Source of the DNA: Podarcis bocagei
Taxonomy: Eukaryota
Direction: 5' to 3' (one strand)
Assembly: GCA_964188305.1 (NCBI GenBank)
Contig: OZ076890.1
DNA length: 64,000 nt
Made by a program: the position numbers and the translations under genes. Below the pieces are notes generated by a model, which saw only the letters and a program-made list of their open reading frames with translations, had not been told where the DNA came from and did no database searches. Numbering within the stretch: position 1 is the first letter of the stretch; the number at the start of each line of letters is the position of its first letter. This document shows positions 27,805 through 40,505 of the stretch, piece after piece.

Positions 27805-29064
27805 CAGTGGTACCCCGCAAGACGAATGCCTCGCAAGACGGAAAACCCGCAAGACGAAAGGGTTTTCTGTTTTGGAGGCGCTTCGCAAGACGAATTTCCC
27901 TATGGGCTTGCATCGCAAGACGAAAGCCCATAGGGAAATGCTGGCGGTCGGGAGCAAAGACTTTCGCCCACAGCCGGCCTTCAGAAGAGGACCTCTTCTG
28001 AAGGCCGGCGGGGGGCAAAAGTCTTTGCTCCCCCCCGCCTGCCTTCCCCCCCGCCTGCCCCGGGCGATCTTAAAATGCTGGCGGGCGGGAGCGAAGCGTT
28101 CGCTGCCGACCCCCAGCATTTTAAAATCTCCCCGGGACAGCAGAGAAGTCGGGAGCATTTTAAAATCTCCCCGTGTCCCGGGGAGATTTTAAAATGCTGG
28201 GGGGCTGCCGACCCCCAGCATTTTAAAATCTCCCCGGGACAGCAGAGACTTCTCTGTCCCGGGGAGATTTTAAAATGCTGGGGGTCGGGAGCGAAGCGTT
28301 CGCTGCCGACCCCCAGCATTTTAAAACGCTGTTCCGAAGCGGGGAGGGGGGGCGGGAACATCTGCCCCAGCCGCCCCACTTCGGAACGCTGTTCCGAAGC
28401 GGGGAGGGGGGCGGGAACATCTGCCCCAGCCGCCCCACTTCGGAACGCTGTTCCGAAGCGGGGAGGGGGGGCGGGAACAGCTGCCCCAGCCGCCCCACTT
28501 CGGAACGCTGTTCCGAAGCGGGGAGGGGGGGCGGGAACAGCTGCCCCAGCCGCCCCACTTCGGAACGCTGTTCCGAAGCGGGGAGGGGGGCGGGAACACC
28601 TGCCCCAGCCGCCCCACTTCGGAATGCTGTTCCGAAGCGGGGCTGGGGGCGGGAACACCTTCTGAAGCGGGCAGGGGGCGAAAGTCTTTGTCCCCCCTGC
28701 CTGCCTTCCCAGGGGCTTTTAAATCGCCCCGGACAGCGGAGAAGTCCTCCGCTGTCCGGGGCGATTTTAAAATGCCGCCCGCCAGCATTTTAAGATCGCC
28801 TGGACAGCGGAGAAGTCCTCCGCTGTCCCGGGGTTTTTTAAAATGCTGTGGGTGGGAAGAAAAGCCCTTGTCCCCCCCCCCCCAGCCTTCAGAAGAGGTC
28901 CGGGGACAGACTGTCCCCGGACCTGGTCTGAAGGCGGTTTCCCTAGGAACGCATTAATTGATTTTCAATGCATTCCTATGGGAAACCGTGCATCGCAAGA
29001 CGAAAAACTCGCAAGACGAAGAGACTTGCGGAACGAATTAATTTCGTCTTGCGAGGCACCACTG
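27805..29064. mobile_element. Non-autonomous Tc1/mariner (Tigger-like) DNA transposon with GC-rich repetitive interior
   Basis: 22-bp TIRs CAGTGGTACCCCGCAAGACGAA / TTCGTCTTGCGAGGCACCACTG (two mismatches); TA duplication at 27803-04 and 29065-66; repeated subterminal CGCAAGACG motifs. Confidence 0.9.
28325..28660. repeat. Minisatellite, ~59-60 bp unit x ~5.5, inside the transposon
   Basis: Unit ACGCTGTTCCGAAGCGGGGAG(G)nCGGGAACA.CTGCCCCAGCCGCCCCACTTCGGA. Confidence 0.95.
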
Positions 29065-29759
29065 TAGCTGTTCTTTCGTATCATTAATAAGTTGGCAGTC
29101 ACAGTGAAGGCTGAAACACCAAGTTAAAGGAATTTTCTATCTCTCCTGTTCTGCTTCCAGATATCTCTTATCTTTCCTTAATGTAATGGGGAAAACTTGG
29201 GCCAGAATGAGATATTACCGAGGATACTCAAAACACCAACCCTGATTATCTTCCTCCTCTCTCTTGTTCCTGGCTGGCAACATCTGTTAATACAAAAGCA
29301 TGGTGTGACACCATCACCATAAACTGAGTTTCCTTCTTCCCACCATCACAAACCAATGAAATGGAGGCAGGGAGTAGAAGCCCCTGCTCCATGTCATTCA
29401 TTATACGTGGCATCAGAGAAGAGAGTGGAGGAGGGAGGTGCAAAGTTTCTGCTTGCTCATTACATAAAGAGAGAAAATGCATTCCCCCACCCCACCCAAA
29501 AAGAAGACCACGGAGGACACAGGTTTGCATAAAATTTGTGTGCACTATTTTTTATCTTTATCTATGAATATTGAAATAATTACTAGGTGAGCTCTGTGCC
29601 TGCTTAGCCTGCTGTCCTGGCACTGTTGATGAGCAGTTCTTGCTCCCTTTTAATTGTTCTTTAATCAATGGCACCATCACTGGTATTTTTATTCTCCCGG
29701 GTATTTGGGTCCTGGTTCATCTTGTGGTTGAATGAAAATGTGTTTTTTGTGTGTGAATG

Positions 29760-29992
29760 GTATAGTGAGTTTTTGCATGGTGTAGTAGGCTGGCATATGG
29801 GACTAGGACCTGGGTCCAGGGAGGTCAGGGTACCATTCCCCACTCAGCTGTAGGGAGTTCACTGGACCAGTCACAGCTTCTCCCTGTAGCCTGTTTTGCA
29901 GGGTTGCTGTGAGGATAACATGGGGAGGTGGAAAACAATGTACACCCCCTTTAGCTCATGGGAGAAAAGGTAGAATATAAATGGAATAATAA
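29760..29992 (+). mobile_element. Ancient MIR-like SINE remnant
   Basis: Degenerate tRNA-like head, CAGGGTTGCTGTGAGGATAA core and AATAA tail; an antisense relative lies at ~53390-53610. Confidence 0.45.
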
Positions 29993-31988
29993 ATGATTTT
30001 TTAAAATATATTTTTATTAAGTTTTCTATATTTCATTACATATCGAAAATCAAAGAAGGAATAATAAATGATTTTTAATGCATTGCTTCCAAAATTGATT
30101 TTTTAAAAATGTATCATTCTTCTTTTTGCATTATTGCAATTAGTTGCTTTGAGACATTTGTGGGACTCAACACACATCTATGTAAATAATTTTTAAAACA
30201 AAACAAAAATATTTGGACGGGATTCCTTCCAACTCTACAACTGCATGATTCTATGTTTTTATGTAGCTCAAGGATTTGTCCCACCTGCATTCCAGACTGC
30301 CAGTGCTCAGAATGCAGATTTCAGGAAGAGGGTGAATGGATTGGACTCTGTTCAGTGGTAACCAAGAGAGTTTGCAAAGAGTCGTTCCTCCTTGCTCCAG
30401 AAATTAACCTGGAGGCCCGGAGGTCTTCACTCATCTCAGACTCATCTCAGACTCAAGTAATGGCAACATCCAGCGAAAAAGTCAAGGAGACACTTTCCAG
30501 CATGATTCCACATTGCAGATGAAACAGGTTCCAGCACAGGGAGTTTACATACTCTAACTGCCACCAACAATGTCGCCATGAGGTTGCATCATAGTCTAGA
30601 CACAGGACAGTGTAGGCTAGCATCTGATGTGGTCAAGTGAGAGAATGTCTTTCCTGCACCAGCTGGAGATGATGTTGCAACATTTAAATTGGTAGACGTA
30701 TAAAAGTGGCAATGTGCACTGCTAGAAGCAGGGAAGATTCCTGAGTGATCATTAAAACATACAACTGATTTCTACCTGCATGCTTACTTGGGGATAAGCT
30801 ACACTGAATGGTGGCACTTCCTTCTGAGTAAACATCTATGGATTAGGACTGCTGCACATGCCTTAAACGTGGATTAGTGAAATTAATAAACATTTGACAA
30901 ATAATATCATCATGCAGCATATCTGAATTTCAGGAAATAAAAAATCTGTGGCATCTCGGGGGGGGGGTTAATAGCCAGTTTATGTGGTAGATCTGAATCC
31001 TCCATCCTTAAATTCACAATAGGAGGAAAGCTTTGATTGGTGCCATTGGGAGATTTTGAAAATTGCAGCCACAGAGAGGCAATTCTGATCACAACTGTAA
31101 TGGGTCCAAAAAGTTAAAGCTGCTTCCTTGATTTAAAAATCAAGCATATCAGGACAAACATCACATCTAATCTGGCTCTCAGAAGGGGAACAGACATCTG
31201 GCTACATTTTGTAACAGAAATGTTGCAAATGCCTCACTCCAGGAAGCTATTCTGCTTGTTTACATTAATGTTCATTCACCTCACAGCTCTGTGTGAGGTC
31301 TAATGCTCCCCTGTCCCTTTTCTGTTTTGCACAGTATTTTGTGCAAGGGTGCCAGTTTGGCATAATCTCTATTTTAAGGCACTCAATTCCTGGGAACTTG
31401 GTTAAGAGGGTGCTTGGAATTGTAGCTCCGTGAGGGTAAAGTATATGTCACAGAATTTTTCAGGGGAATCCATGTAGCTGGTGGGCAGCTGAAGAAACCT
31501 TGTTGAGAAAATGGCTAAGCCTGTTACCAAAGCTCATGCGCACACACTCTCTCTCTCTATCTATCTATCTATCTAGCATTTGTATGCCACTTATATGTTT
31601 TGGTAATAAGCAGTCTATAAAGATATGAAATAAATGTACATACTGTAATTCACAGGTGGGTAGCCTGTTGGCCCAGAGGCCGCACTCTGCTTCCCCTGAT
31701 GCCTCCTGAAGCTGCTTCACTCTTCCAGCCCCTCAAACTTCCTTCCGTTCTATTTGTTCCTTCCATATTTCTCATGGCTTTTAAAAGTGTTCACTTCCCC
31801 ACTCCCGGAACAGGTGGCATTTTATTTAATTAATTTTTTTAAAATAAATAAATAAATGCAAATACCCCACTTCTATGATTTGAGGAAAATAACTCTCCCT
31901 CCCTTCACAAGGTGTCCAATAACAAATTGGTAGGCTCCTGCTCCAATAAATTACGGTACTTTCACTTGCTTACTTTCAGTAGCTATTC

Positions 31989-31990
<2 letters not shown>

Positions 31991-32034
<44 letters not shown>
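31991..32034. repeat. (GA)n microsatellite
   Basis: Direct read. Confidence 0.95.
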
Positions 32035-32037
<3 letters not shown>

Positions 32038-32974
32038 GATTATCAAGCCATATGGGATTGCTAGATGCACGAGAACTGCATAGGGACTGGGAATTCTGAT
32101 CTGAGGTAGCCATGTTGAAGACCAAAGCAGGATGGTCTTTATCCAGAATTAGTTAATCCAGAATATTTCAGCTATTGCTGGCATGTGCCCCCTTGACAAA
32201 TTTGCCCTGGGGGAATGCAGCCCTCATCAGCCCCACCCGCAGCTGCAATTTGCCACAGTGAATTGTTTTTCATAAGCACAAAGGTGACTACTACTTGCTA
32301 CCATTTGTAAAAGGGAAATGACATTGCAGACCTATGTCACATTATTGCCACAAGGAGAAATGAGCTAAATCTCATAAAGCACTTTTGTTCACAGTGCAGT
32401 GTGCACTTATCATTTTGATGGAAATTCTGGGCACGCTGCTGTGGCCTGGGCCTTTGGCTTTACAAATGTTACATAAATGGTAACTTATGCGGTGAGACAA
32501 TGAGAATAGACTTGCCAGACTTGCCAGGTACAGGATTAAATATACTAACATAGAACCTTATTCAGTTTGCCCCAGGCATCAAGCCAAAGGAAGTTTTTAG
32601 TAAATTGGTCTTAAATTAGGTCTTTATCTCTTAAAAACTGAAATGAACAAAGAGCAAACTATTCCCACTATTTCAACAGCAGTGGTGGAGATACTTTCCT
32701 TCCCTCACCACCCCCTTCCTCAACTGATGGAGCAGAGGTTGATCTTAGACACTTTCTAGCCTTCCATTGACTCCAGAGACTCCCATCTGAATTTTAGGCT
32801 TGAAGGAGTTATTATTATTACTACTGCTACTTCTTCATAGGGTAGACCCACTGAAATGATTGAGACTTGAGTTAGGCGTGACAGACCTCCATTGAGTTCA
32901 ACTCTTCACATGACTATATCTGGATTCAGTGCATACTGTGCTAGGACTCCATTCATACGCAATGTGTGAATAAA

Positions 32975-33330
32975 AAGGTAAAGGTAAAGGTACCCCTGAC
33001 CATTAGGTCCAGTCGTGGCTGACTCTGGGGTTGAGGCGCTCATCTCGCTTTATTGGCCGAGGGAGCCAGCGTACAGCTTCCGGGTCCTGTGGCCAGCATG
33101 ACTAAGCCACTTCTGGTGAACCAGAGCAGCGCACGGAAACACCGTTTACCTTCCCACCAGAGCGGTACCTATTTATCTACTTGCACTTCAACGTGCTTTC
33201 GAACTGCTAGGTTGGCAGGAGCTGGGACCGAGCAACGGGAGCTCACTCTGTCGCAGGGATTCGAACCACCAACCTTCTGATCGACAAGTCCTAGGCTCTG
33301 TGGTTTAACCCACAGCGCCACCCACATCCC
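32975..33330 (-). mobile_element. Sauria SINE, full length
   Basis: Reverse complement of the 25692 copy, with (AAAGGT)n tail. Confidence 0.95.
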
Positions 33331-33460
33331 AGCTGTCATCAAATCTACACACCAGCTAACAATGTGGTAGTATATAAGCAGTGAATTAAAAAAACTTCAA
33401 AAAAGTCCATCAAACAGAATTATCAGTAAGCAACAAGTGACACATATAGGTGTGTGCCTT

Positions 33461-33571
33461 TGTGGTCTTGTGGTTTATTTAGTTTGTGGTTAAAAGGTAG
33501 TCTTCTGTAAACATGAAATAGGGTCTTCCTTGGTTTGCTCTGCCATATTGTAACCACAAATCGTAACCACA
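33461..33571. promoter_or_regulatory. Cluster of five RUNX consensus sites (candidate autoregulatory element)
   Basis: TGTGGT at 33461, 33469 and 33485; ACCACA at 33553 and 33566. Confidence 0.5.
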
Positions 33572-34195
33572 GATCAGTTTTCTGTGGATGGAATCTCACT
33601 GCTGTCCTGGTTGTCATGGAAGAGCTTTTGATCCCGCAGGACCCAAAATCCTAGAAAATTGTCTGCATGGAACAGGGTGGAAGACAGTGTGGGGAAAAGC
33701 AAGTTGGCAAACATTGCCTCCCCTGCTTTCTTCTTAATGGAGGTATTTGCTGGATCAAAAGGCCTTCTTACCATAAATACAAGGGCAGCAATTGGATTCC
33801 ACCCTGTATTATTTTAAATAAAACTTTTTACCTAGGTTTTTTTTAATGGAACATTTTCTTTCAACATTGCAATTCATAGGAAACTGACTTTCTGGAGTAA
33901 ACCACAAAAAAGCACAAAACAGATTTGGTGTAAGAAACTGAGGCATCTGCTGTTTGATAGCATTTTATTTTATTTTTGATCTTGCTGAACCGTTTTTAAT
34001 GAAATACATTATTTACTGTATTTTATTTATTTATTTTTTAAAAATCAATCAGTCATACCCCCACCTGCTAATATGAATGTTCTTTCAAGCTTTCGTGTCA
34101 GTTAAGTTAAATTGAATATGTTCACCGATACATCAAATAGTTTTCAATGTTTTTATAGCTCAAGGGTGACTAATATGAATCAGGTGTAAAAGTAA

Positions 34196-34345
<150 letters not shown>

Positions 34346-34375
34346 TAACCTAAAGACACAGAAATAGAATGAATG

Positions 34376-34383
<8 letters not shown>

Positions 34384-34422
<39 letters not shown>

Positions 34423-34426
34423 ACAC
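34384..34426. repeat. (CA)n microsatellite ~65 nt downstream of the 105-nt exon donor
   Basis: Direct read. Confidence 0.95.
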
Positions 34427-36193
34427 GCCATTCTATTTAATAAACTTTGAATCTGATCTTACAATAAAATTTACTAAGGCTGTACTCCTGTGTACCTGGG
34501 TGGGGGCCTTGGGCCAACTGCAGTCCTTCAAGCCTTTATCTCAGGCTCTTGGGACTAAATCCCCTCCCCAGCCCGAGCTCCTCACCCCAGGCCATTCCTT
34601 TCACTGGCCTTACTTCACACTCCCCTTGAGTGTTTCTGCCTGGCTAGAATGTGCCTTCTAACACTGAAAATGCCTTTTGTTTCCTGGAGGTGCAGCCAAA
34701 AATTTTCATTTGTTGCCCCGCCCACTTTTTCCTCTGGCCCTGCCTTCCCTCACTGGCATGTAACCTCCAGAAGATTCCCCAAAGGAAATGTGCCCCTCAG
34801 ACTGGAAAAAGTTCCCTGCCCCTGCTAGATGAAGTTATTTGGGAGATGGAACTCAATGGAGTCTTATTTCCAAGCGAACATGTTTTAAAACTGCACTGTT
34901 AAATCTGACTGGCTGCATTTTAGATCTCTAGCTATATGGTTTGGGGAAATCAGTTAGCTAGGAAGTTACACTATTTTAAACCAGAATTTCACTGCGGGGG
35001 AGGGGGGCTCCCCTAGGGATCTGTTTTGCATGGCTATTGATTTGGAAAGAGACAGTTGAAATGCCTTTTTGAAGAGAATGAACAGGGATAGTAGATGCAG
35101 AAATTGACAAAGGATGTGGGATTTCAAACACACCATGCATATTCTTCAGCACTTTGGAATTTTAATTTTAGAAACAAAATAGCCCTGTTCAGACTCCCCC
35201 CCCCATTCCCCTCAAAGCTGGCAGATGGAACAGAGGTGAAAGGGGTGGGGGAGGCAGAAAAACGGCAACCAGTTGCTCTTGTGTGCAGCTTATTGTATCT
35301 CATGCCGGTTTGCAGCTTAAGAAAAGAGTAATTCTTGAAGGCAACACTTCAAGCAGGCAGTTGGAATTTATTCCGCTGAGGCGCAGATCTTCAGTCAAGT
35401 GACTGCCATATTTTTTTTTTCATTTTTAACAATTAAGAATGAGCAAACAATATAGGGTATCTCCAGGGATAAATTCAAAATACTCGCATGAGCACAGTGT
35501 GTTCAGGAGGGGAAATTCCCCACCCCAAAGCCACCTTGTTGCTGAACTAATGCAATACGTTCCCTTCTCATTGCCCAAGGCAATAATTAACTTTACTGTA
35601 GAATACTCATATTTGTATTGAAATATCCTCTTGTATGCTGAGGTTTGTGGTTTCTTCTTATTCCCCACCCCGCCACATGCACACACACATTTGGCAGAGG
35701 CAGTGTGGCTGTAGCAGAAGTCAAAACGGGAAGAGCATAGAAACAAGCGCCCGTGGGAGGGAGAGCATTACAAGTTAGGATTGAGTTCCAAATCAATTCT
35801 GTACATTAAAAAAAACAACCCTTTGTGTGAAATCGTGGCAATCACTAATACTGAAAGAGCACTGGCACCAACTTTAACAGACCTGTGAAGACCTGATATA
35901 TAATGTTCTTCATCGGTTTCGTTTTTACTAGTTCATCTTGCTAGCTTCAGACTGATGAATATTTCCTCTTTCTTTTCATGCAGTTTCCATCTAAGTGTTT
36001 GTCTGCATTTGGACTACGCAACTGTATATGTAATCTAGAGGATGTTTTTAAAATTAAGTCTCATAGTGCAACATTGTATTTTCCAAGCAAAATGCAATGA
36101 TATTTATTTGCCTTAAACATGCAGTACCCTGCCCCAACCCTGCTAGATACTTATGTGTGTGTTTTTGACGGCAGTAGTGTCATGGATTCATGC

Positions 36194-36340
36194 TTATTAT
36201 TATTCACTTATTATCACTTATTACTTTTATATTATTACTTTTATATTATTATATTATTATTATTATATTATTATTACTTTTATTATTATTACTTTTATTA
36301 TTACTTTTATATTATATTATCACTTATTATTTTTATATTT
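36194..36340. repeat. Imperfect (TTA)n low-complexity tract
   Basis: Direct read. Confidence 0.9.
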
Positions 36341-36444
36341 CTTTAGAGCATTTGTACACTGCTCCACACCCAAAACAACCTCCCAGAGTTGCTTGCATAC
36401 AGTCAATTAAAACCAGACAGTCCCTGTCCATAGGATTACAATCT

Positions 36445-36445
<1 letters not shown>

Positions 36446-36482
<37 letters not shown>
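36446..36482. repeat. (CA)n microsatellite
   Basis: Direct read. Confidence 0.95.
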
Positions 36483-36484
<2 letters not shown>

Positions 36485-37452
36485 AAAGAGGCAGGGAAGG
36501 AAGGGGGGGGGAATAAAACTTAGGTACTAATTCTTAAACAGCTTTTATAATGACCAACTGGCACAGTTCAGGAGGTACCTGATCGAGCTGGTCTTTAGAC
36601 AAAGCGGATGGAATGATTATGAATGGCTTACAAATACTGAGCTATATATCTGTCCCCCAATCAGTAATATTACCCCACCTTTAAAAACAATTTCCTATCA
36701 CCTTTCCAGTCCTGGAGCATATATGCAAGCCCTTGTGGAGACACCTACCCCCATCCAACTCAAGTTGCAGCAACAGTATAATTACTGGGCAAGGGGTGGG
36801 TGACCCGTCATCTGCACAGGTTGTGCTACAGGCACATCCGGTGCATCATTGGGTACCTGTTGTGAGCTCCTTGATGAAGGGAAGAGGGTTAGGAGTAGCA
36901 GCATCCCTTCTCTTTTCCAGAGCTGGTCTGCTCCAGTCTGACCAGCATGCTTGTACCACCTCTCAGAGTTTCCTCAGCAATAGCTATCCTGCTTACAGAA
37001 GACTATCCATAACATTGGATCCTAGGTTCAGCTAGTGATGAATTAGGCCTAGCAGTGCTTATACAGCATTGACAAAACAAACACCTGCTTTTCTTGTTGT
37101 TGCCTGGAAATCCACACTTCCTCATAGCTTTCATGTGCACACCCCTTCTTCTGTGATAAACCCATTAGTACTACCACTTGAAGACATTACCTAAAAAATA
37201 CAGGAATGCCATAGGAGTGAAATTAATAACTGGTCTAAAAATGAGGGTCTCCAAATGAGCAGGGGGGTCTCAAAGAGTGGCTCTACATCCTCCAAGTACC
37301 TTGTAATTATTGGATTGGATCCAGACAGTGTTATTCACACTTCAGTTCCATTAAAATCATGACAACTTGCTCTATTGATTTGAATTGGAATAAAGCATGA
37401 TTAACTTAGTATGGATCCATCCTGTTAATACTGGTGCTGCTGCTGCTACAAC

Positions 37453-37519
<67 letters not shown>
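37453..37519. repeat. Compound (TG)n(GA)n microsatellite
   Basis: Direct read. Confidence 0.95.
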
Positions 37520-37522
<3 letters not shown>

Positions 37523-38742
37523 GGCACGTTTCTACCTATATATTCTAGGAGCTCTTATACATTCTATACCAGGTATAGATTTATTAGGAGAGATGATCCA
37601 AGAAATACAGTAAAATTATATCCCTTCTGGGCCCATCGTGCTAGCTGTCTTCTTGGCAAACCAAGCTTTGCGCTACCAAGAATGTCAACTTATAAGATTT
37701 CATATTTTTAAAAGCAGCATGGGGCTTCTTACAAAGCAATGAACACACTTTGTACTTTGACTCCCAAGTGGTTTTTCACACAAGGATATGAAATCTTGTC
37801 ATGTGATGGACAGGTGGGTTGCACCCACCCAACTGTCAAAATTGTTCTGCAGTAATGGAAGATTGATAAAGACCAGAACCAAAAAAGTTACCTACCAATT
37901 CTTATATAAAAGATATTAAATGTAGTAAGTATATAGTCTTATGAAATAAATATTACTCCCCCAAAAAAACAACAACACCCAACTGCGTAGTTTTTAGGAA
38001 GCACTTGAGCTTTAAAATATTTGGGGAAGAAAGACTGAAGGGACACTGAGATTACTAATATTTTGAAATCAGTAATAGTTATCCATTAGCAGCCTATTTT
38101 CTTTCCTCAGTGAAACACATCTAAATATAGAACTACACAGAAAATAAGGATGGCAATGATAGAGATCTTACTTTATGGTTTCTAAAACGAACATTCAATT
38201 TATGATATCTTTTATTTTCCATTGTAGAGGCACCTGAAACTTGCATTCATTAAATAAATTCTGGTGGAGCGTTTGCCAAAAAGACTTAAAAGGTTATTTT
38301 CCATGGTGGTGAGCTTATGAATCACAAACCAAAGTTGCTTTTCTATGAGCCAGTTCTTTGAAGAAAATCATTACCTAGATCAAGAAATGTAGTAGACGTA
38401 CAAGGATTCTTAAATTAGCTACTTTCCCCAAAGCTATTTCAGTTATTGTATTTTTCAATGAACAAATAATGTATTTTCCCTCTTTTGAGTGTGTCTTTAA
38501 ATGCTTCTCTGCCATTTGAGGATAAGGCTATCAATAGCTGCTAGTGCTAGCCAAGTATCAGAGGCAGATTATCTCAGAATACAGTTTGCTGAGGATCATG
38601 AGTGGGAGAGAACTTCTGATCTCATGTAGTGCTTGTGAGGCTTCCATAGATTTCTAGTTGGTGACTGTGGGAACAGAATGTTGAACTAGAATAAGCCTTT
38701 GGTTTGCTCCAGGAGGACTCTCATGTTCTTATTGTTTTAAAC

Positions 38743-38866
38743 CAGGCTTCCTCAAAATCGGCCCTCCAGATGTTTTTGGCCTACAACTCCAATGATCCCT
38801 AGCTGGTCAGGGATGATGGGAATTGTAGTCTCGAAACATCTGGAGAGCTGAGTTTGAGGAAGCCTG
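38743..38866. mobile_element. Short palindromic hAT-type MITE
   Basis: TIR CAGGCTTCCTCAAA / TTTGAGGAAGCCTG; 8-bp TSD TTTTAAAC at 38735-38742 and 38867-38874. Confidence 0.85.
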
Positions 38867-39056
38867 TTTTAAACACTACAATTATAAACCTATGATCCAT
38901 TAATTTTTTCCTTATGGAAATCAAGCCATGACCAAATTTCTACTCAGAGATGTGTCCTACTGAGGGTGCCCAAGAGAGGTGTGGGGAAAGAACTATGTAC
39001 CCGCCATCTGCAGGTTGTGGTGGTATGTGCATTGAATTGATTATCAGTTCTGCAGG

Positions 39057-39057
<1 letters not shown>

Positions 39058-39106
<49 letters not shown>
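39058..39106. repeat. (TG)n microsatellite
   Basis: Direct read. Confidence 0.95.
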
Positions 39107-39108
<2 letters not shown>

Positions 39109-39839
39109 GTACAAAGTGCCACTATGTGAAAACCCCACCAACAGTGATCTGAACTGACAGCACTGTTCATTGGGCAAGGAGAAGAGGGGATCCTCTCTCA
39201 ACCACTGATACTGATACACACACACACACACACACCCTTCCTATCAAAAGGGCAGGACTCGGTAAAATAAAAAGCAGCCAGCCTCTGTGCACTGAGATCT
39301 GAACTCCTTGAATAATGTCCCCTCCAGTGTGTGCTCGGCATTAAGAAGATTCATAAGCCCTTTCCCGAAATGGCTCCTCCCATTTTGAGTAGGTAGCTGT
39401 AGCACCGCAGAATGGAAAGAGTGTTTCTCTGTCCTCAGTGCTTCCCTCACTGGCAGCCAGTGAGTAAACAGCCTGGCTCAAATACAGGAACTGCAGACAA
39501 AGAAACTTTGTGGTAGCAAATGGGTAAGGGTTGTAGCAGGTGGGGGTGGGGAAGAGAAGGTGTAAGATTACACAGCTTGGATTGCTACCAGAGGGGACCT
39601 ATTTTCGCCACCTTATTGTTAGTTTTTGCCTCTCAATTTGCATTTCTCTTTCTTTTGCCTTCATGGTGGAACATGGGAATGCAGGTAGACAGGCCACTGG
39701 GGGCTTTATAGAGCAGCTGCAGCAGCACTCTGAAATAAGTTTGGAAGGGGTAGATCTGCACCACACATTTAAAGTGCATGTCTTCCCCCAAAGAATACTA
39801 GGAACTGTAATTTGTTAAGGATGTCAGGGATTGTAGCGC

Positions 39840-40505
39840 TGTGAGGTGGGGTGCCCTGAGCCCCTGACCTGCCTGGTGGCAAGTCAGTATGTCAAGTCCA
39901 AAACTCAACAGTCAGGAAACAGGGTCCAGGGTCAATCCACATCAGCAAAGTCCAGAAAATGCAGTCCAGGGTCAACAGTAATCAGGAAACCCAGTCCAAA
40001 GTCAGCGCCAAAGCACAGTCCCATGGTTGTCCAGGAGCATTCAAGTCAAGGTCCATCAACCTGAGCAGTTGAGCAGACACAGCCCCTCAGCTCTGCTTCC
40101 CTTTTATACGATGCATGCTGATTACAGCATCTGGGCTTGACGAGGTATGCGGCCCTCACCTGTTCTGAGTCTACTCCAACTGAGGAGTCACACACCGCCT
40201 CCCAGAGCTAACTAGCCCCACTTGGCCAGTTAGGGAGCTGTGAGTCCTTGCCTCCTAGAGCACCCCTTCCGCTGCTCCCTATGACTCAGAACCTGCCATG
40301 TTTATGGAGACAGGGGCCCTTCTGGCTCTGGTGATGGCTTCTGCTGCTCTGGTTCCTGTACGCTGACTGCCATCCCCTCACTATCCTCCATCACCGTGTG
40401 AGTACTTCGTTCTCCATCCCCAGTTTGCCCCGGTGTCTCCCAGTCCCAAATCACCCCTCGATTGGATCCTCTTCCTCCTTCCAGTAATCCTGCCAGTTCA
40501 TGACA
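39840..40505 (-). mobile_element. Older solo LTR-like element inserted into a palindromic repeat
   Basis: Minus strand begins TGTCATG at 40505; TATAAAAG near 40101-40108; decayed acidic/basic reading frame; flanks (~39760-39840, ~40506-40560) look like two halves of one fold-back repeat. Left end and TSD uncertain. Confidence 0.5.

Noticed and set aside
27671-29067. Long repetitive ORFs, and a CRISPR-like look to the palindromic 60-bp array
   Set aside because: Translations of a transposon minisatellite; the intervening segments are near-identical rather than unique spacers, there are no cas genes, and the DNA is eukaryotic.
36119-36447. Hydrophobic ORFs resembling membrane proteins
   Set aside because: Translations of a (TTA)n low-complexity tract.
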